This document shows positions 1-8,578 of a stretch of DNA of 34,437 nucleotides, in pieces. The notes beneath the pieces are model-generated. The model searched no databases. It was not told the origin of the DNA and saw only the letters and a list, made by a program, of their open reading frames with translations. The position numbers and the translations under genes were made by a program. How positions within the stretch are numbered: the first letter of the stretch is position 1; each line of letters starts with the position of its first letter. Location: positions 1 to 34,437 of the forward strand of contig CAZHQZ010000001.1 of NCBI GenBank assembly GCA_964534675.1, written 5' to 3'. The stretch is from an uncultured Pseudomonadales bacterium. Its GTDB lineage: Bacteria > Pseudomonadota > Gammaproteobacteria > Pseudomonadales > UBA7239.

Positions 1-1253
1 CAACGAAAAAACCAGCCGCCAAACCTGCTGTTAAAAAACCCAAAGTTAAAGAGCCCGATATTTTTCTCTGGGAGTTTAAAAACCCCAAAGGGCAGATGGT
101 GCGCGGGGAAGTCAAAGCACAAACATTGACTGATGCAAAAGCACAAATACGCAAACTGGGTTACAGCAACCCCAAAATCAAGAAAAAACCCAAGCCACTG
201 TTTGGTGGTGGCGGCAAATCCATTCAGCCTGCGGATATTGCCATCTTCGTGCGACAGATGGCCACCATGATGAAGGCCGGTGTGCCGCTGGTGCAGTCAT
301 TTGAGTTGGTTGCCGACGGTTTAGAAAATGCCAACATGAAAAAAATCGTGCTTGGTATACGCGACGAGGTATCTGGCGGCGGCAGCTTCGGCGGCGCGCT
401 GCGCAAATATCCCAAACATTTTGATGATCTTTTTTGCAGCTTGGTGGAATCTGGCGAACAGTCTGGCGCACTGGAAACTATGCTAGATCGCGTAGCCACT
501 TACAAAGAAAAAACTGAAGCGTTGAAGAAAAAAATCAAAAAGGCACTGACCTACCCAGTCGCAGTTTTGGTCGTTGCTTTTGTTGTAACAGGTCTACTGT
601 TGGTTAAAGTAGTGCCAGTATTTGCAGAAACATTCGCGTCCTTTGGTGCCAATTTACCCGCCTTTACCTTATTCGTATTGAATCTATCTAAGATTGCACA
701 AGCCTATTGGTTGCCGGTGCTCGGCATAGCAGTCGCCAGCGGAATTGCCTTCTCTAAAGCAAAAGAAAAAAGCCAAGCCTTTGCGGATGCAGTTGACCGT
801 TTCACTTTGAAAGTTCCTGTTGTTGGCATGATCGTCAATGAGGCTGTTATTGCACGGATGTCACGCACTTTATCCACGACATTTTCTGCAGGTGTCCCAC
901 TGGTTGAGGCATTGGACTCCGTTTCTGGCGCAGCGGGCAATGCCGTTTATCGCGATGCCGTAAAACGTGTGCGCGACGAAGTTACCGGCGGCACCATGAT
1001 TAACGTAGCTTTCCGCAGTGCCGGCGTATTTCCTACGCTACTGATCCAAATGACTGCCATTGGTGAGGAATCTGGCGCACTGGACACCATGTTGGAAAAA
1101 GTAGCTACTCACTATGAAGCCGAAGTAGACAACAAAGTCGACAACCTCACTGCTTTATTGGAGCCGATGATTATGTCAGTACTCGGTATTTTGGTGGGCG
1201 GTTTGATGATTGCGATGTACATGCCTATCTTCCAGCTCGGCTCCGTTGTTTGA
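1..1253 (+). CDS. pilC: Type IV pilus platform protein PilC (GspF family); 5' end lies outside the window
   Basis: Track ORF 96..1253 stays open in the same frame back to nt 3 (TKKPAAKPAVKKPKVKEPDIFLWEFKNPKGQ-MVRGEV...). DIFLWEF..G..V.GEV matches the conserved PilC N-terminus, so the real start is upstream of the window. There are two GspF-type repeats (MATMMKAGVPL...ESGEQSGALETML and LSTTFSAGVPL...GEESGALDTML). The pilC-pilD-coaE order is the classic one. Confidence 0.9.
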   Translation, partial: TKKPAAKPAVKKPKVKEPDIFLWEFKNPKGQMVRGEVKAQTLTDAKAQIRKLGYSNPKIKKKPKPLFGGGGKSIQPADIAIFVRQMATMMKAGVPLVQSFELVADGLENANMKKIVLGIRDEVSGGGSFGGALRKYPKHFDDLFCSLVESGEQSGALETMLDRVATYKEKTEALKKKIKKALTYPVAVLVVAFVVTGLLLVKVVPVFAETFASFGANLPAFTLFVLNLSKIAQAYWLPVLGIAVASGIAFSKAKEKSQAFADAVDRFTLKVPVVGMIVNEAVIARMSRTLSTTFSAGVPLVEALDSVSGAAGNAVYRDAVKRVRDEVTGGTMINVAFRSAGVFPTLLIQMTAIGEESGALDTMLEKVATHYEAEVDNKVDNLTALLEPMIMSVLGILVGGLMIAMYMPIFQLGSVV

Positions 1254-1254
1254 C

Positions 1255-2127
1255 GTGGAAGCTGCCAACTTCGCCGCTGGGGATCCCTTCGTTCTCACTG
1301 CGCTGATTGCACTGCTGGGCTGTGCAATCGGCAGTTTTCTCAATGTGGTATGCCTGCGCTTGCCGCGCATGATGGAGCGCGAGTGGCGCGTGCAATGCGC
1401 TGAAATTTCTGGCGTGCCCGTTGCAGAAGAAGAACCTCTGAACCTCGCTTTTCCACCGTCACGCTGCCCTCAGTGTGGCCATGTAATTCGCGCTTGGGAA
1501 AACATTCCTGTGGTCAGTTATATTTTTTTGAAGGGGCGCTGCTCAGGCTGCCAGACAAAAATTTCTGCGCGCTACCCCATTGTTGAAGCAGCCTGCGGTT
1601 TGCTGAGTGCGGTGGTGGCTTGGCATTTTGGTGCTACTTGGCAGTGTGCTGCTGCGCTGGTGTTCACTTGGACTTTACTGACACTGGCCGTTATTGATTT
1701 CGACACCCAACTGCTGCCAGACGACATTACGTTGCCGCTGTTATGGGCAGGTTTGCTGTTATCACTCGGCAATATTTTTGTATCTCTTGAATCTGCCGTT
1801 ATCGGTGCCGCTGCGGGTTATTTATCACTGTGGACGGTGTACTGGCTGTTCAAGTTTGCCACTGGCAAAGAGGGCATGGGCTACGGCGATTTCAAATTGC
1901 TGGCCGCACTCGGCGCGTGGATGGGCTGGCAAGCACTGCCACAAATTATTTTGTTGTCTGCCTGCACAGGAGCAGTGTTTGGCATTGTGATGATGATTTT
2001 TCGCGGGCGCGATCGGCAAATTCCCATCCCCTTTGGCCCTTATCTCGCCACTGCTGGCTGGATCAGCCTGCTCTGGGGCAGTGATATTACGCGCTGGTAC
2101 TGGCAATTCAGCGGCATGTCGCTGTGA
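1255..2127 (+). CDS. pilD: Prepilin peptidase / N-methyltransferase PilD (A24 family)
   Basis: Cys pairs CPQCGH...CSGC, catalytic Asp motifs [12 protein letters not shown] and [16 protein letters not shown], and C-terminal PFGPYL. The track start at 1210 (TTG) overlaps pilC. GTG at 1255, just after the pilC stop (1251-1253), is the more plausible start, but the exact start is uncertain. Confidence 0.9.
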   Translation: MEAANFAAGDPFVLTALIALLGCAIGSFLNVVCLRLPRMMEREWRVQCAEISGVPVAEEEPLNLAFPPSRCPQCGHVIRAWENIPVVSYIFLKGRCSGCQTKISARYPIVEAACGLLSAVVAWHFGATWQCAAALVFTWTLLTLAVIDFDTQLLPDDITLPLLWAGLLLSLGNIFVSLESAVIGAAAGYLSLWTVYWLFKFATGKEGMGYGDFKLLAALGAWMGWQALPQIILLSACTGAVFGIVMMIFRGRDRQIPIPFGPYLATAGWISLLWGSDITRWYWQFSGMSL

Positions 2128-2738
2128 CATTTATCGTTGGGCTCACTGGCGGTATTGGCAGTGGCAAGTCTGCTGCTGCGGACTGCTTCAGATCCCTAGG
2201 CATCACGGTAGTGGACGCAGATATCTGCGCGCGCGTTGTTGTCGAACCCAATAAACCCGCACTCAAAACCATTGCCGGACATTTTGGTCAAGAAATTATT
2301 CAAGCCGATGGCGCATTAGACCGCGCGGCTCTGCGGCAAAAAATTTTTGCTGATGAAACCGAACGCAAATGGCTGGAGGCTCTACTGCATCCACTCATTT
2401 TTGAAGAAATGTGGACGCAATTACACTCAGCCACTAGCCCTTACGCAATTTTGGAATCACCATTACTCGTGGAAGCTGGTCAGCAGGTCATTTGTCAGCG
2501 CACTTTAGTGATTGATGCGCCGGAAGCACTTCAGCTCGCTCGCGCCACAGCGCGTGACAACAACTCTGCCGCGCAAGTAAAAGCCATCATGGCAGCACAG
2601 GCTTCGCGCGAGCAGCGGCTTGCTAAAGCGGATGATGTGATTGTCAACGATCGCGATTTGACGCATTTGCATACGCAGGTAGAGGTGCTGCATCAACAAT
2701 ATTTATCCCTACTAGCCACCCAAATAATATCTACTTAA
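2124..2738 (+). CDS. coaE: Dephospho-CoA kinase
   Basis: N-terminal P-loop [12 protein letters not shown] and ~200 aa length. The GTG start overlaps the pilD stop (GTGA). Its position after pilD is conserved in many gammaproteobacteria. Confidence 0.9.
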   Translation: MTFIVGLTGGIGSGKSAAADCFRSLGITVVDADICARVVVEPNKPALKTIAGHFGQEIIQADGALDRAALRQKIFADETERKWLEALLHPLIFEEMWTQLHSATSPYAILESPLLVEAGQQVICQRTLVIDAPEALQLARATARDNNSAAQVKAIMAAQASREQRLAKADDVIVNDRDLTHLHTQVEVLHQQYLSLLATQIIST

Positions 2739-3447
2739 AAAACGCAACTTCTTTGCCGGTTTTAATGTCTACCGCTAACCAAGCGTCGGATACAGTTGAT
2801 GTTGTGACAGGAAAAAATCGCACAGATGGGTTCGCGTTTTCCAGTGCTTGCAACTCTTTTATGTTTTTGCGTTTGGTATCCGCCGCATGTAATCCTTTTT
2901 CTGCCAGCTCCGGCAAAACTTTTGCATAAGTAACGTAATTTTCTGTGCTGTATTCTAGTCCAGACCCCATAACCGCCCACACAGCTTTCAATTGATTTTC
3001 TTGACCTTTAGGGAGATTCACACTCAACCAAACAGGCCAGCGGGTTTGCAATTGCGGTACTTTTTTGATGTCAATTTTTTGCGAGGTATAGCCATATGCA
3101 TTTGTTGTGGCAAAGGAGCCAGCCGCATACACCACGGCAATCGTGCGCGTAGACCATACGGTCCACATTCCACCCACCAAACACGCCAACTGGAAAACTG
3201 CAATGCAGGCCAAATCAAACGGCAAACTTTTTTTACCCAGTTTATAAACACACAGCGTTAGGATGGGGCCGATAAAAAAATCCACGCCGGCAATCAACTT
3301 CATGCCATCAATACCGCCATCGTGCAAAAACAAAAAACCCGGATACCACCAAAAGTAAATTATCGAGGCCAGCACCAGAAAAATACACAGACTAATCAGA
3401 ATATGGATACCAAAAGCTTGCCAACGATTAGCAGGACGAACGAACAT
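2731..3447 (-). CDS. Polytopic membrane protein with C-terminal soluble domain, family not recognised
   Basis: 238-aa ORF with a GAGG Shine-Dalgarno upstream of the ATG at 3447. Several hydrophobic helices lie in the first ~110 aa ([45 protein letters not shown]). It converges on coaE with an 8-nt overlap. Confidence 0.6.
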   Translation of the reverse strand: MFVRPANRWQAFGIHILISLCIFLVLASIIYFWWYPGFLFLHDGGIDGMKLIAGVDFFIGPILTLCVYKLGKKSLPFDLACIAVFQLACLVGGMWTVWSTRTIAVVYAAGSFATTNAYGYTSQKIDIKKVPQLQTRWPVWLSVNLPKGQENQLKAVWAVMGSGLEYSTENYVTYAKVLPELAEKGLHAADTKRKNIKELQALENANPSVRFFPVTTSTVSDAWLAVDIKTGKEVAFFK

Positions 3448-3529
3448 AGCGACTACCTCTATTGAATTGCGTGTGTTTTACCATTAAAAAACAGCTTCAA
3501 GCAAACTCTAATACAACAACAAGAAGGAT

Positions 3530-4321
3530 ATGACTATGCGACTACTCTCGCGTTTATTTGTTCCCGCCTGTTTCCTGCTGTTGCCGTATTTGGCGCTGGC
3601 GAATACGCAAGTAACAGTGATGGAGACAGCACCGACCGGCAGCAATATCACGCTAAGCACCAATCAAAACTTCTACCTGCGTCTGCGTTACACCAGCGAC
3701 ACCCCCACGCATATTTGGGTACGCCCGTTCTTTCAAGGCAAGCCGGTAAACGCCGGCAGCAACACATCGCGCGAGCATCCGGCTGGCTCCGGTGAAGCGG
3801 TGGGCTGGTTTTTTCTGTTTAAGCCCGACATACACGTCGATGAAATACGCATTAGCGCTGGCGATGGCTCGACCAACGGCACACCGGTTGTCGCCAGCTA
3901 TCCCATCACCCTTGTGAGCAGTGATGCGGTGGCACCCGCACCCGATCCAGACTGGGTAGCCACTTTTCTCGCTGCCGAAAAAGCCGCGCAAAAAGCTGAT
4001 TATCAGCAGCGCATGAACACGCCCGTCAGCACAGGTGATCTCGTTCTATTCAACGGCTTTATGCTCACCATGTACGCACTCGGCCTGCTAGGTCTCGCTT
4101 GGCCTTTGTGGGGCGTGTGGCGTTGGCAGGGTTACTGGCGACTCGCCTCCGCGCTGCCTGGCGCGGTAGGCGCATTTGTGGTGCTGCGCATTCTTATCGA
4201 CACCGCGCGCGACCCCACTTCGCACAACCTATGGCCGTTTGAAATTGTGATGTGGTGCGGCTTGAGCGTGCTGTGGATGTTCGCGCTGTCTCTGGTTAGG
4301 CGACTGCTGCAACGCAAGTAG
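3530..4321 (+). CDS. Exported protein with C-terminal transmembrane helices, unknown function
   Basis: Signal-peptide-like N-terminus MTMRLLSRLFVPACFLLLPYLALA|NTQ and hydrophobic C-terminal third (LVLFNGFMLTMYALGLLGLAWPLW, FVVLRILI, IVMWCGLSVLWMFALSL). AAGGA lies upstream of the ATG, and a hairpin follows the gene. Confidence 0.6.
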   Translation: MTMRLLSRLFVPACFLLLPYLALANTQVTVMETAPTGSNITLSTNQNFYLRLRYTSDTPTHIWVRPFFQGKPVNAGSNTSREHPAGSGEAVGWFFLFKPDIHVDEIRISAGDGSTNGTPVVASYPITLVSSDAVAPAPDPDWVATFLAAEKAAQKADYQQRMNTPVSTGDLVLFNGFMLTMYALGLLGLAWPLWGVWRWQGYWRLASALPGAVGAFVVLRILIDTARDPTSHNLWPFEIVMWCGLSVLWMFALSLVRRLLQRK

Positions 4322-4332
4322 CAGGCATAAAA

Positions 4333-4354
4333 AAACCCGCAATTACGCGGGTTT
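4333..4354 (+). terminator. Candidate rho-independent terminator (short, bidirectional-looking)
   Basis: aaACCCGCaattacGCGGGTtt: a 5-bp GC stem extended by A-T pairs, A-run before and TTT after. It lies 12 nt after the stop of 3530..4321. Confidence 0.45.
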
Positions 4355-4410
4355 CAGGACTTTCTTGAACTGCTGTGGATCTCGAAATGGTGGGATAAGC
4401 TCCCTCGAAT
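4355..4410. repeat. Left attachment-site repeat (att) of the small integrative element
   Basis: The 33-nt core is at 4361-4393. Weaker similarity continues on both sides (..GG.C before; .TAAGCTC...C.A.T after) to its partner at 8522-8578. Confidence 0.7.
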
Positions 4411-4461
4411 AGTAGCTGCAAGCCCTTGCAAACACTACATTCTTAAAATTCAAAAAAGCGA

Positions 4462-4483
4462 GTTACTGTAAAAGTTACTGCAT
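4462..4483. promoter_or_regulatory. Arm-type repeat pair GTTACTG-TAAAA-GTTACTGCAT (putative integrase/excisionase binding sites)
   Basis: A 22-nt string identical to 8421-8442, and itself an internal direct repeat of GTTACTG. It lies ~70 nt inside the left att repeat. Confidence 0.5.
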
Positions 4484-4701
4484 TTGGCGGCGACAACAGC
4501 GCCGCCAAGAACTAGACCACACAAATCATAAAAACAAGTGCAGTGTTGGGTGGAAGTGGCGGGGCGCTCGATTCAACCGATGCCGCTGGTCTTAACTTTT
4601 CCAGCCTGCTTCCCGACAAGCCGAATACCACCGCATAGCAATCCAACATACTTTTTCAACCCACGGTATTTGCATCCGACAGCATCAAAGCTCAATCTGC
4701 A

Positions 4702-5268
4702 ATGCCGACGACAAAGAGACTGAAGGAAGTTTTGAAGACGCTTGACGTTCAAAACTTTGACTCTGCCAAGACGACTCTCCCAGCAAACCCTCCAGCAGTT
4801 TCAAGCTACCTGATGAGGCAGTCCTCGTCAATGAGATCTGGGCTGTTTGGCAAGGGCGATGCCGTTTACCTGATTGGCAAATCCACCGGCAAAGACAGCG
4901 TTAGCGTGGTCGCAAAAGGCGGCACCTTCGATGTAAAAATGGCGCTTGCCGGTGTTGGTGGCGAGTTTTCAGGCTCTGCCGCTGAAGCAAAATCATGGCT
5001 CAAGTCGCGCTTGCAGGGCATGGGCAGCGCCATGTCTGGCAACGAAATGACAGATAGCGAGCTGGCCGCCAAGTTGAAGCTGGTTAAAGGTGAGGATGCG
5101 CTGGAGATTTTTGCAGCGAAAAAAGACGAAAAAGGCTTTACCTGGAAAGGTGTTGCTGCCGCCGACATTATCAAAGAGCTGAGCAAAGATCACGGCACGA
5201 ATGTTGATTTTTGGAACGCGCCTACTGCTGACGTGCTGGCTAATACGCCAAATAATGAAGATGCATAG
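4702..5268 (+). CDS. Hypothetical protein (element cargo), no recognisable family
   Basis: 188-aa ORF and the only plus-strand gene of the element. Gly/Ala/Lys-rich, with no TM segment or signal peptide. It converges on 5356..5940 across a GC-rich hairpin region. Confidence 0.55.
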   Translation: MPTTKRLKEVLKTLDVQNFDSAKTTLPANPPAVSSYLMRQSSSMRSGLFGKGDAVYLIGKSTGKDSVSVVAKGGTFDVKMALAGVGGEFSGSAAEAKSWLKSRLQGMGSAMSGNEMTDSELAAKLKLVKGEDALEIFAAKKDEKGFTWKGVAAADIIKELSKDHGTNVDFWNAPTADVLANTPNNEDA

Positions 5269-5355
5269 TCCACTGCGCAACTAACGCACTGCGTTTGTTT
5301 TCTGGCTAGGTTCGGGCGCGCTTCGCGCACCCTGCGCCGCGCCCAGACGCTTCCT

Positions 5356-5940
5356 CTAAAAAGCAACAACCTTGCTCTTGATCTGACTGCTGGAGTAATC
5401 ATTAGCCGTAGGTTTGCGCTGACCTTTGGTGTACACCTTGGCGAGATATGACAGCCAATAGAAAGTATCTGCAAACGTCATTTCATCACCGCGATGCACA
5501 ACACGCGCATCCCGCCAATCTGTCTGCACTTGCCCTACTTGCCACAGCGTTTTGCAAATGCCCGTTAATTGTTTAGCCGAGCAAATAGCATTGCCGTCCA
5601 GCAATAGCACGAGGTGGTAGTGCGTGTTGCCGGAAGCTTTACCTGTTTCACGCGCCCAGACATATCCAACACGATTTAAGCGTGCATACTCTTTTGGCAA
5701 TTGTGCTGAAAGGCGTTTCATAAACTGAGAAATCAAGCGATTATCCGGCACAAAATTTCCACAGTGCAGATCAAACCGAGCGACAAACATTTTGGAATGA
5801 TGGCTCAGTAATGCGGTCATTTGATGCTCAATCCGTTGCAAGATTTGCACATAGCAGCCAAGGCTACCCCCTCGCGCGTTGTTCACAGACAGCAACCTGC
5901 CATTGACGTTGATGCCGGCATCTTGGGTGACCGTTTTCAT
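5356..5940 (-). CDS. YagK/YfjJ-family (inovirus Gp2-like) protein, possible replication initiator
   Basis: C-terminal two thirds of track ORF 5356..6294. The motifs FVARFDLHC...GYVWARETGK..NTHYHLVLLLDGN resemble the YagK/YfjJ domain of E. coli cryptic prophages. The track start at 6294 overlaps the alpA-like gene, so I use ATG 5940 (MKTVTQD...). The start is uncertain. Confidence 0.6.
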   Translation of the reverse strand: MKTVTQDAGINVNGRLLSVNNARGGSLGCYVQILQRIEHQMTALLSHHSKMFVARFDLHCGNFVPDNRLISQFMKRLSAQLPKEYARLNRVGYVWARETGKASGNTHYHLVLLLDGNAICSAKQLTGICKTLWQVGQVQTDWRDARVVHRGDEMTFADTFYWLSYLAKVYTKGQRKPTANDYSSSQIKSKVVAF

Positions 5941-6124
5941 GCCGCACCGCCTTGCAGTGTTGCACACCCAGTATTCAGCACACAGAGAGATTCTTTGATG
6001 CCGTATACCGTTTGGCGCAAGAAAATAGCCTGCAATCCAGATGCAGCAAGGGTTTCGGCGCGGCAGAGCCAGTGAAAAAAACGAGAAAGTTTCGGAGAAA
6101 TTTGCGCATGCCAAATTGTAGATT

Positions 6125-6370
6125 TCAAGCAAAAACCTCTTTTCTGGCTTGCTCAAGTTGCAGAACCAATTCACGGATTTCGGTGTCAGATTTTCCTGCA
6201 ATGCGTGCGGCATTGATGGCTGTGATTTCGTTGGATGGCCAGCCAACGGCACGACCACCCAATGATATGGGTTTTGTCCAAAGCCCTTGGGCAATACGCA
6301 GGTAGATGGTGGAACGAGCCAGTGCTGACTCTGCCAACACTGATGGCAAGCGAAGGATTGTGGTGTGCAT
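6125..6370 (-). CDS. alpA: AlpA-family phage regulatory protein / excisionase-like HTH
   Basis: 81 aa. ILRLPSVLAESALARSTIYLRIAQGLWTKPISLGGRAVGWPSNEI is the typical AlpA/Phage_AlpA MerR-like HTH signature. It sits next to a P4-type integrase. Confidence 0.85.
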   Translation of the reverse strand: MHTTILRLPSVLAESALARSTIYLRIAQGLWTKPISLGGRAVGWPSNEITAINAARIAGKSDTEIRELVLQLEQARKEVFA

Positions 6371-6459
6371 GTTGAACCTCGTTGGATAAACCTAGAGGCT
6401 TCATGGTGCGAAGTTATGAGGTATAACTCGCCACCACTGCTAGCAAGGTGGCAACCCTG

Positions 6460-7107
6460 CTAGCTAAGGGGTTTACTCGCGTATTTTCTTTTCCAAGATG
6501 GTATCCACTTCTTATAAATAGTGGAGTAACTCAGGTCAGGGTTGAGCCTAGATACCATTTCTGTGAAGTCGGAATCATTTCTGTATAGATGTGGTGATTC
6601 TTGCCACTTTTGCCATTCTTGAAGCACTTTTATTTTTTTTGCCTTTTCTTCCTGTGGGCGATTTTTTTCCTTTGCTGCCGCCCCTGATTTTGCTCGACTG
6701 CTAAAGGCTTTTTGGGTTGCATCTTTTCTAGATAGCTTCACGTTATCTACGAGTTGGTCGGGAAGAATAGGAAGCAACTCCTTGGCATAATCTGGATCTG
6801 TTGTTTGTGCAAGCGCAGCCACTTCATTGATTGTTTTGCAAGCTATATCTTCCAACAGATAAAAGAGATTAAGAATGTCGCCAGTACCGAAAGATCCTCC
6901 AACATTTTCTATGAAGGCACTTATTCTGTTGTTTCGACTTAATATATCGGAATGTGTTACACACTTTTCCGCAAGCGCAAAGCGGAGAAATTCCTGGGCA
7001 ACTCCTTGTATTGCCACGCGGCGTTTTGACGAGATTTTATATAGGGACAAGGGGTGATTACTTATGCAGTTGCTACTACTAGAAGAGCTTTTTTTCTCTT
7101 TAGGCAT
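6460..7107 (-). CDS. Hypothetical protein (element cargo), Ser-rich N-terminus and Lys-rich C-terminal half
   Basis: 215-aa ORF starting 18 nt after the integrase stop, so probably co-transcribed. It is noticeably AT-rich compared with its neighbours. No family recognised. Confidence 0.6.
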   Translation of the reverse strand: MPKEKKSSSSSSNCISNHPLSLYKISSKRRVAIQGVAQEFLRFALAEKCVTHSDILSRNNRISAFIENVGGSFGTGDILNLFYLLEDIACKTINEVAALAQTTDPDYAKELLPILPDQLVDNVKLSRKDATQKAFSSRAKSGAAAKEKNRPQEEKAKKIKVLQEWQKWQESPHLYRNDSDFTEMVSRLNPDLSYSTIYKKWIPSWKRKYASKPLS

Positions 7108-7125
7108 AAGGCGATCCCCGCAAAT

Positions 7126-8361
7126 TCATATACCAGCTTTTAGTTCGTCCAAATAATCCGCCCAAGTTTGCATCATCTTCTTCCGCTCCGGCAGGTGTTT
7201 GGTGCGGTTATATGCCGTGCCGTTGGCATCTTTTACAGCGTGTGCGAGTTGGCGCTCTATCAATGCCACGCGACAGCCCAGCACTTCATCCAACACGGTG
7301 CGCGCCATTGCGCGAAAGCCGTGGCCACACATTTGCTCTTTGGTGTAACCCATACGGCGCAAAGCCACCAAAATGGCGGCATCACTCATGGGGCGACCAT
7401 TGGCGCGTGCACACGGAAAGACATACCGCCCTGTGCCGGTGAGCGCCTGTAACTCACGCAAAACTGCAACAGCCTGCACAGACAACGGCACAAAATGCGG
7501 TTCACGCATTTTCATTTTGCTGGCGGGGATATTCCATTCAGCTTTTTCCAGATCAATTTCCGCCCATTCTGCATAGCGCAATTCACCGGGGCGCACAAAT
7601 ACCAATGGCGCGAGGCGCAAAGCAGACTTGGTAACAAAATACCCCTGATAAGCATCTATGGCGCGTAACAACTCACCAATGGCTTTAGGTTCGGTAATGG
7701 AAGCGTAATGGCTTTGCTTCACTGCTGGCAGTGCGCCGCGCAAATCCGGGCAGGGGTTGCGCTTGGCTCGCCCCGTGGCAATGGCGTAGCGGAATATCTG
7801 CCCGCAATTCTGGTGTGCACGGTGCGCGGTATCCAGTGCGCCACGCGCTTCGATTCTGCGCAATACTTGCAGCACATCCATGGCTTCAATGTCGGCAATG
7901 GGCATTCTGCCCAGCCATGGAAATACATCCACCTCCAAGCGCCGGATAATTTTGCTGGCGTGCGAGGCAGCCCACTCCACTGAAAACTTGGCAAACCATT
8001 CACGCGCCACCTCTTCAAAGGAACCTACTGACGGTAAACCTTCGGCAAGACGCTTATCCACCTCCAGTGTCTTTGCTTGTTCCACTTTGCTGGCTTTGCG
8101 CAGGTCACTGGGGTCTATGCGCGCTGCCACCTGCTGCCGCGCTTCTGCGGCTTTGTCACGGGCTGCTTTTAAGCCGGTATCGGGGTAAGTGCCGAGGGAA
8201 AGCGTTTTGCGTTTGCCGCCGATGCTGTAATCCAGCCGCCACCAATGCGAACCGCTGGGCTTCAGTAGCAGGTAGAGGCCATCACCATCTTTGAGGCGTG
8301 GGGTAGCGTCTGGCTTGGCCGTGCGGATGGCCATATCGGATTTGATCAAATGCCTTGCCAT
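7126..8361 (-). CDS. Tyrosine recombinase, P4-type integrase with DUF4102-like N-terminal arm-binding domain
   Basis: N-terminus RTAKPDATPRLKDGDGLYLLLKPSGSHWWRLDYSIGGKRKTLSLGTYPD. Catalytic motifs: VRPGELR, GHGFRAMART, LAHAV...GTAYNRT. The track start 8415 is over-extended, so I use ATG 8361 (MARHLIKSD...). Confidence 0.9.
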   Translation of the reverse strand: MARHLIKSDMAIRTAKPDATPRLKDGDGLYLLLKPSGSHWWRLDYSIGGKRKTLSLGTYPDTGLKAARDKAAEARQQVAARIDPSDLRKASKVEQAKTLEVDKRLAEGLPSVGSFEEVAREWFAKFSVEWAASHASKIIRRLEVDVFPWLGRMPIADIEAMDVLQVLRRIEARGALDTAHRAHQNCGQIFRYAIATGRAKRNPCPDLRGALPAVKQSHYASITEPKAIGELLRAIDAYQGYFVTKSALRLAPLVFVRPGELRYAEWAEIDLEKAEWNIPASKMKMREPHFVPLSVQAVAVLRELQALTGTGRYVFPCARANGRPMSDAAILVALRRMGYTKEQMCGHGFRAMARTVLDEVLGCRVALIERQLAHAVKDANGTAYNRTKHLPERKKMMQTWADYLDELKAGI

Positions 8362-8363
8362 AT

Positions 8364-8472
8364 CAGTAACTTCCGTGAGAAATGCAGTAACTTTTCTTGC
8401 CAAAAGCAGTAACAAGGGATGTTACTGTAAAAGTTACTGCATAAATCGACGGATTGCCATAGATGTTACTGG
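8364..8472. promoter_or_regulatory. Cluster of arm-type repeats: (G)CAGTAAC x3 then GTTACTG x3
   Basis: CAGTAAC at 8364-8370, GCAGTAAC at 8384-8391 and 8406-8413, then the inverted version GTTACTG at 8421-8427, 8432-8438 and 8465-8471. All lie between the integrase start codon and the right att repeat. Confidence 0.5.
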
Positions 8473-8521
8473 TTTCTGCTGGACATAAAAAAAGCCGTAA
8501 CCCTTGATTTCATTAGATATT

Positions 8522-8578
8522 CCGGCCTTTCTTGGACTGCTGTGGATCTCGAAATGGTGGAGGTAAGCTCATCCAATT
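8522..8578. repeat. Right attachment-site repeat (att) of the small integrative element
   Basis: The 33-nt core at 8528-8560 matches 4361-4393 with one mismatch. Flanking partial similarity is as for the left copy. Confidence 0.7.

Larger units (their letters stand above)
4361..8560. mobile_element. ~4.2 kb integrative element (P4-type integrase, AlpA, YagK/Gp2-like protein, 2 unknown ORFs) bounded by direct repeats
   Basis: TTTCTTGaACTGCTGTGGATCTCGAAATGGTGG at 4361-4393 and TTTCTTGgACTGCTGTGGATCTCGAAATGGTGG at 8528-8560 match 32 of 33 in direct orientation. The integrase gene lies just inside the right repeat, and arm-type repeats lie inside both ends. Confidence 0.75.

Noticed and set aside
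1210-1254. Track start (TTG) of pilD overlapping pilC by 44 nt; similar over-extended starts at 8415, 10938, 24531, 25682, 27716 and 30070
   Set aside because: The track uses the most upstream ATG/GTG/TTG. In each case a downstream start with an SD, a signal peptide or family-typical N-terminus, or a non-overlapping position fits better.
4355-4700. Possible tRNA or tmRNA gene serving as the integrase target (TGGTGG.. strings, TTCGAG-like loop, GGGGCGCTCGATTCAACCGATG at ~4560 vaguely like a tmRNA 5' end)
   Set aside because: Manual folding on both strands gave no 7-bp acceptor stem, no 5-bp T-stem around a TTCRANY loop and no anticodon arm with a 7-nt loop. The similarity to tmRNA ends is only a few nucleotides. 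It needs a covariance-model search to exclude fully.
5941-6294. N-terminal 118 codons of track ORF 5356..6294
   Set aside because: This part overlaps the well-supported alpA-like gene in another frame and reads as non-protein-like (Cys/Trp/Phe-rich). The recognisable YagK-like sequence starts after the ATG at 5940.
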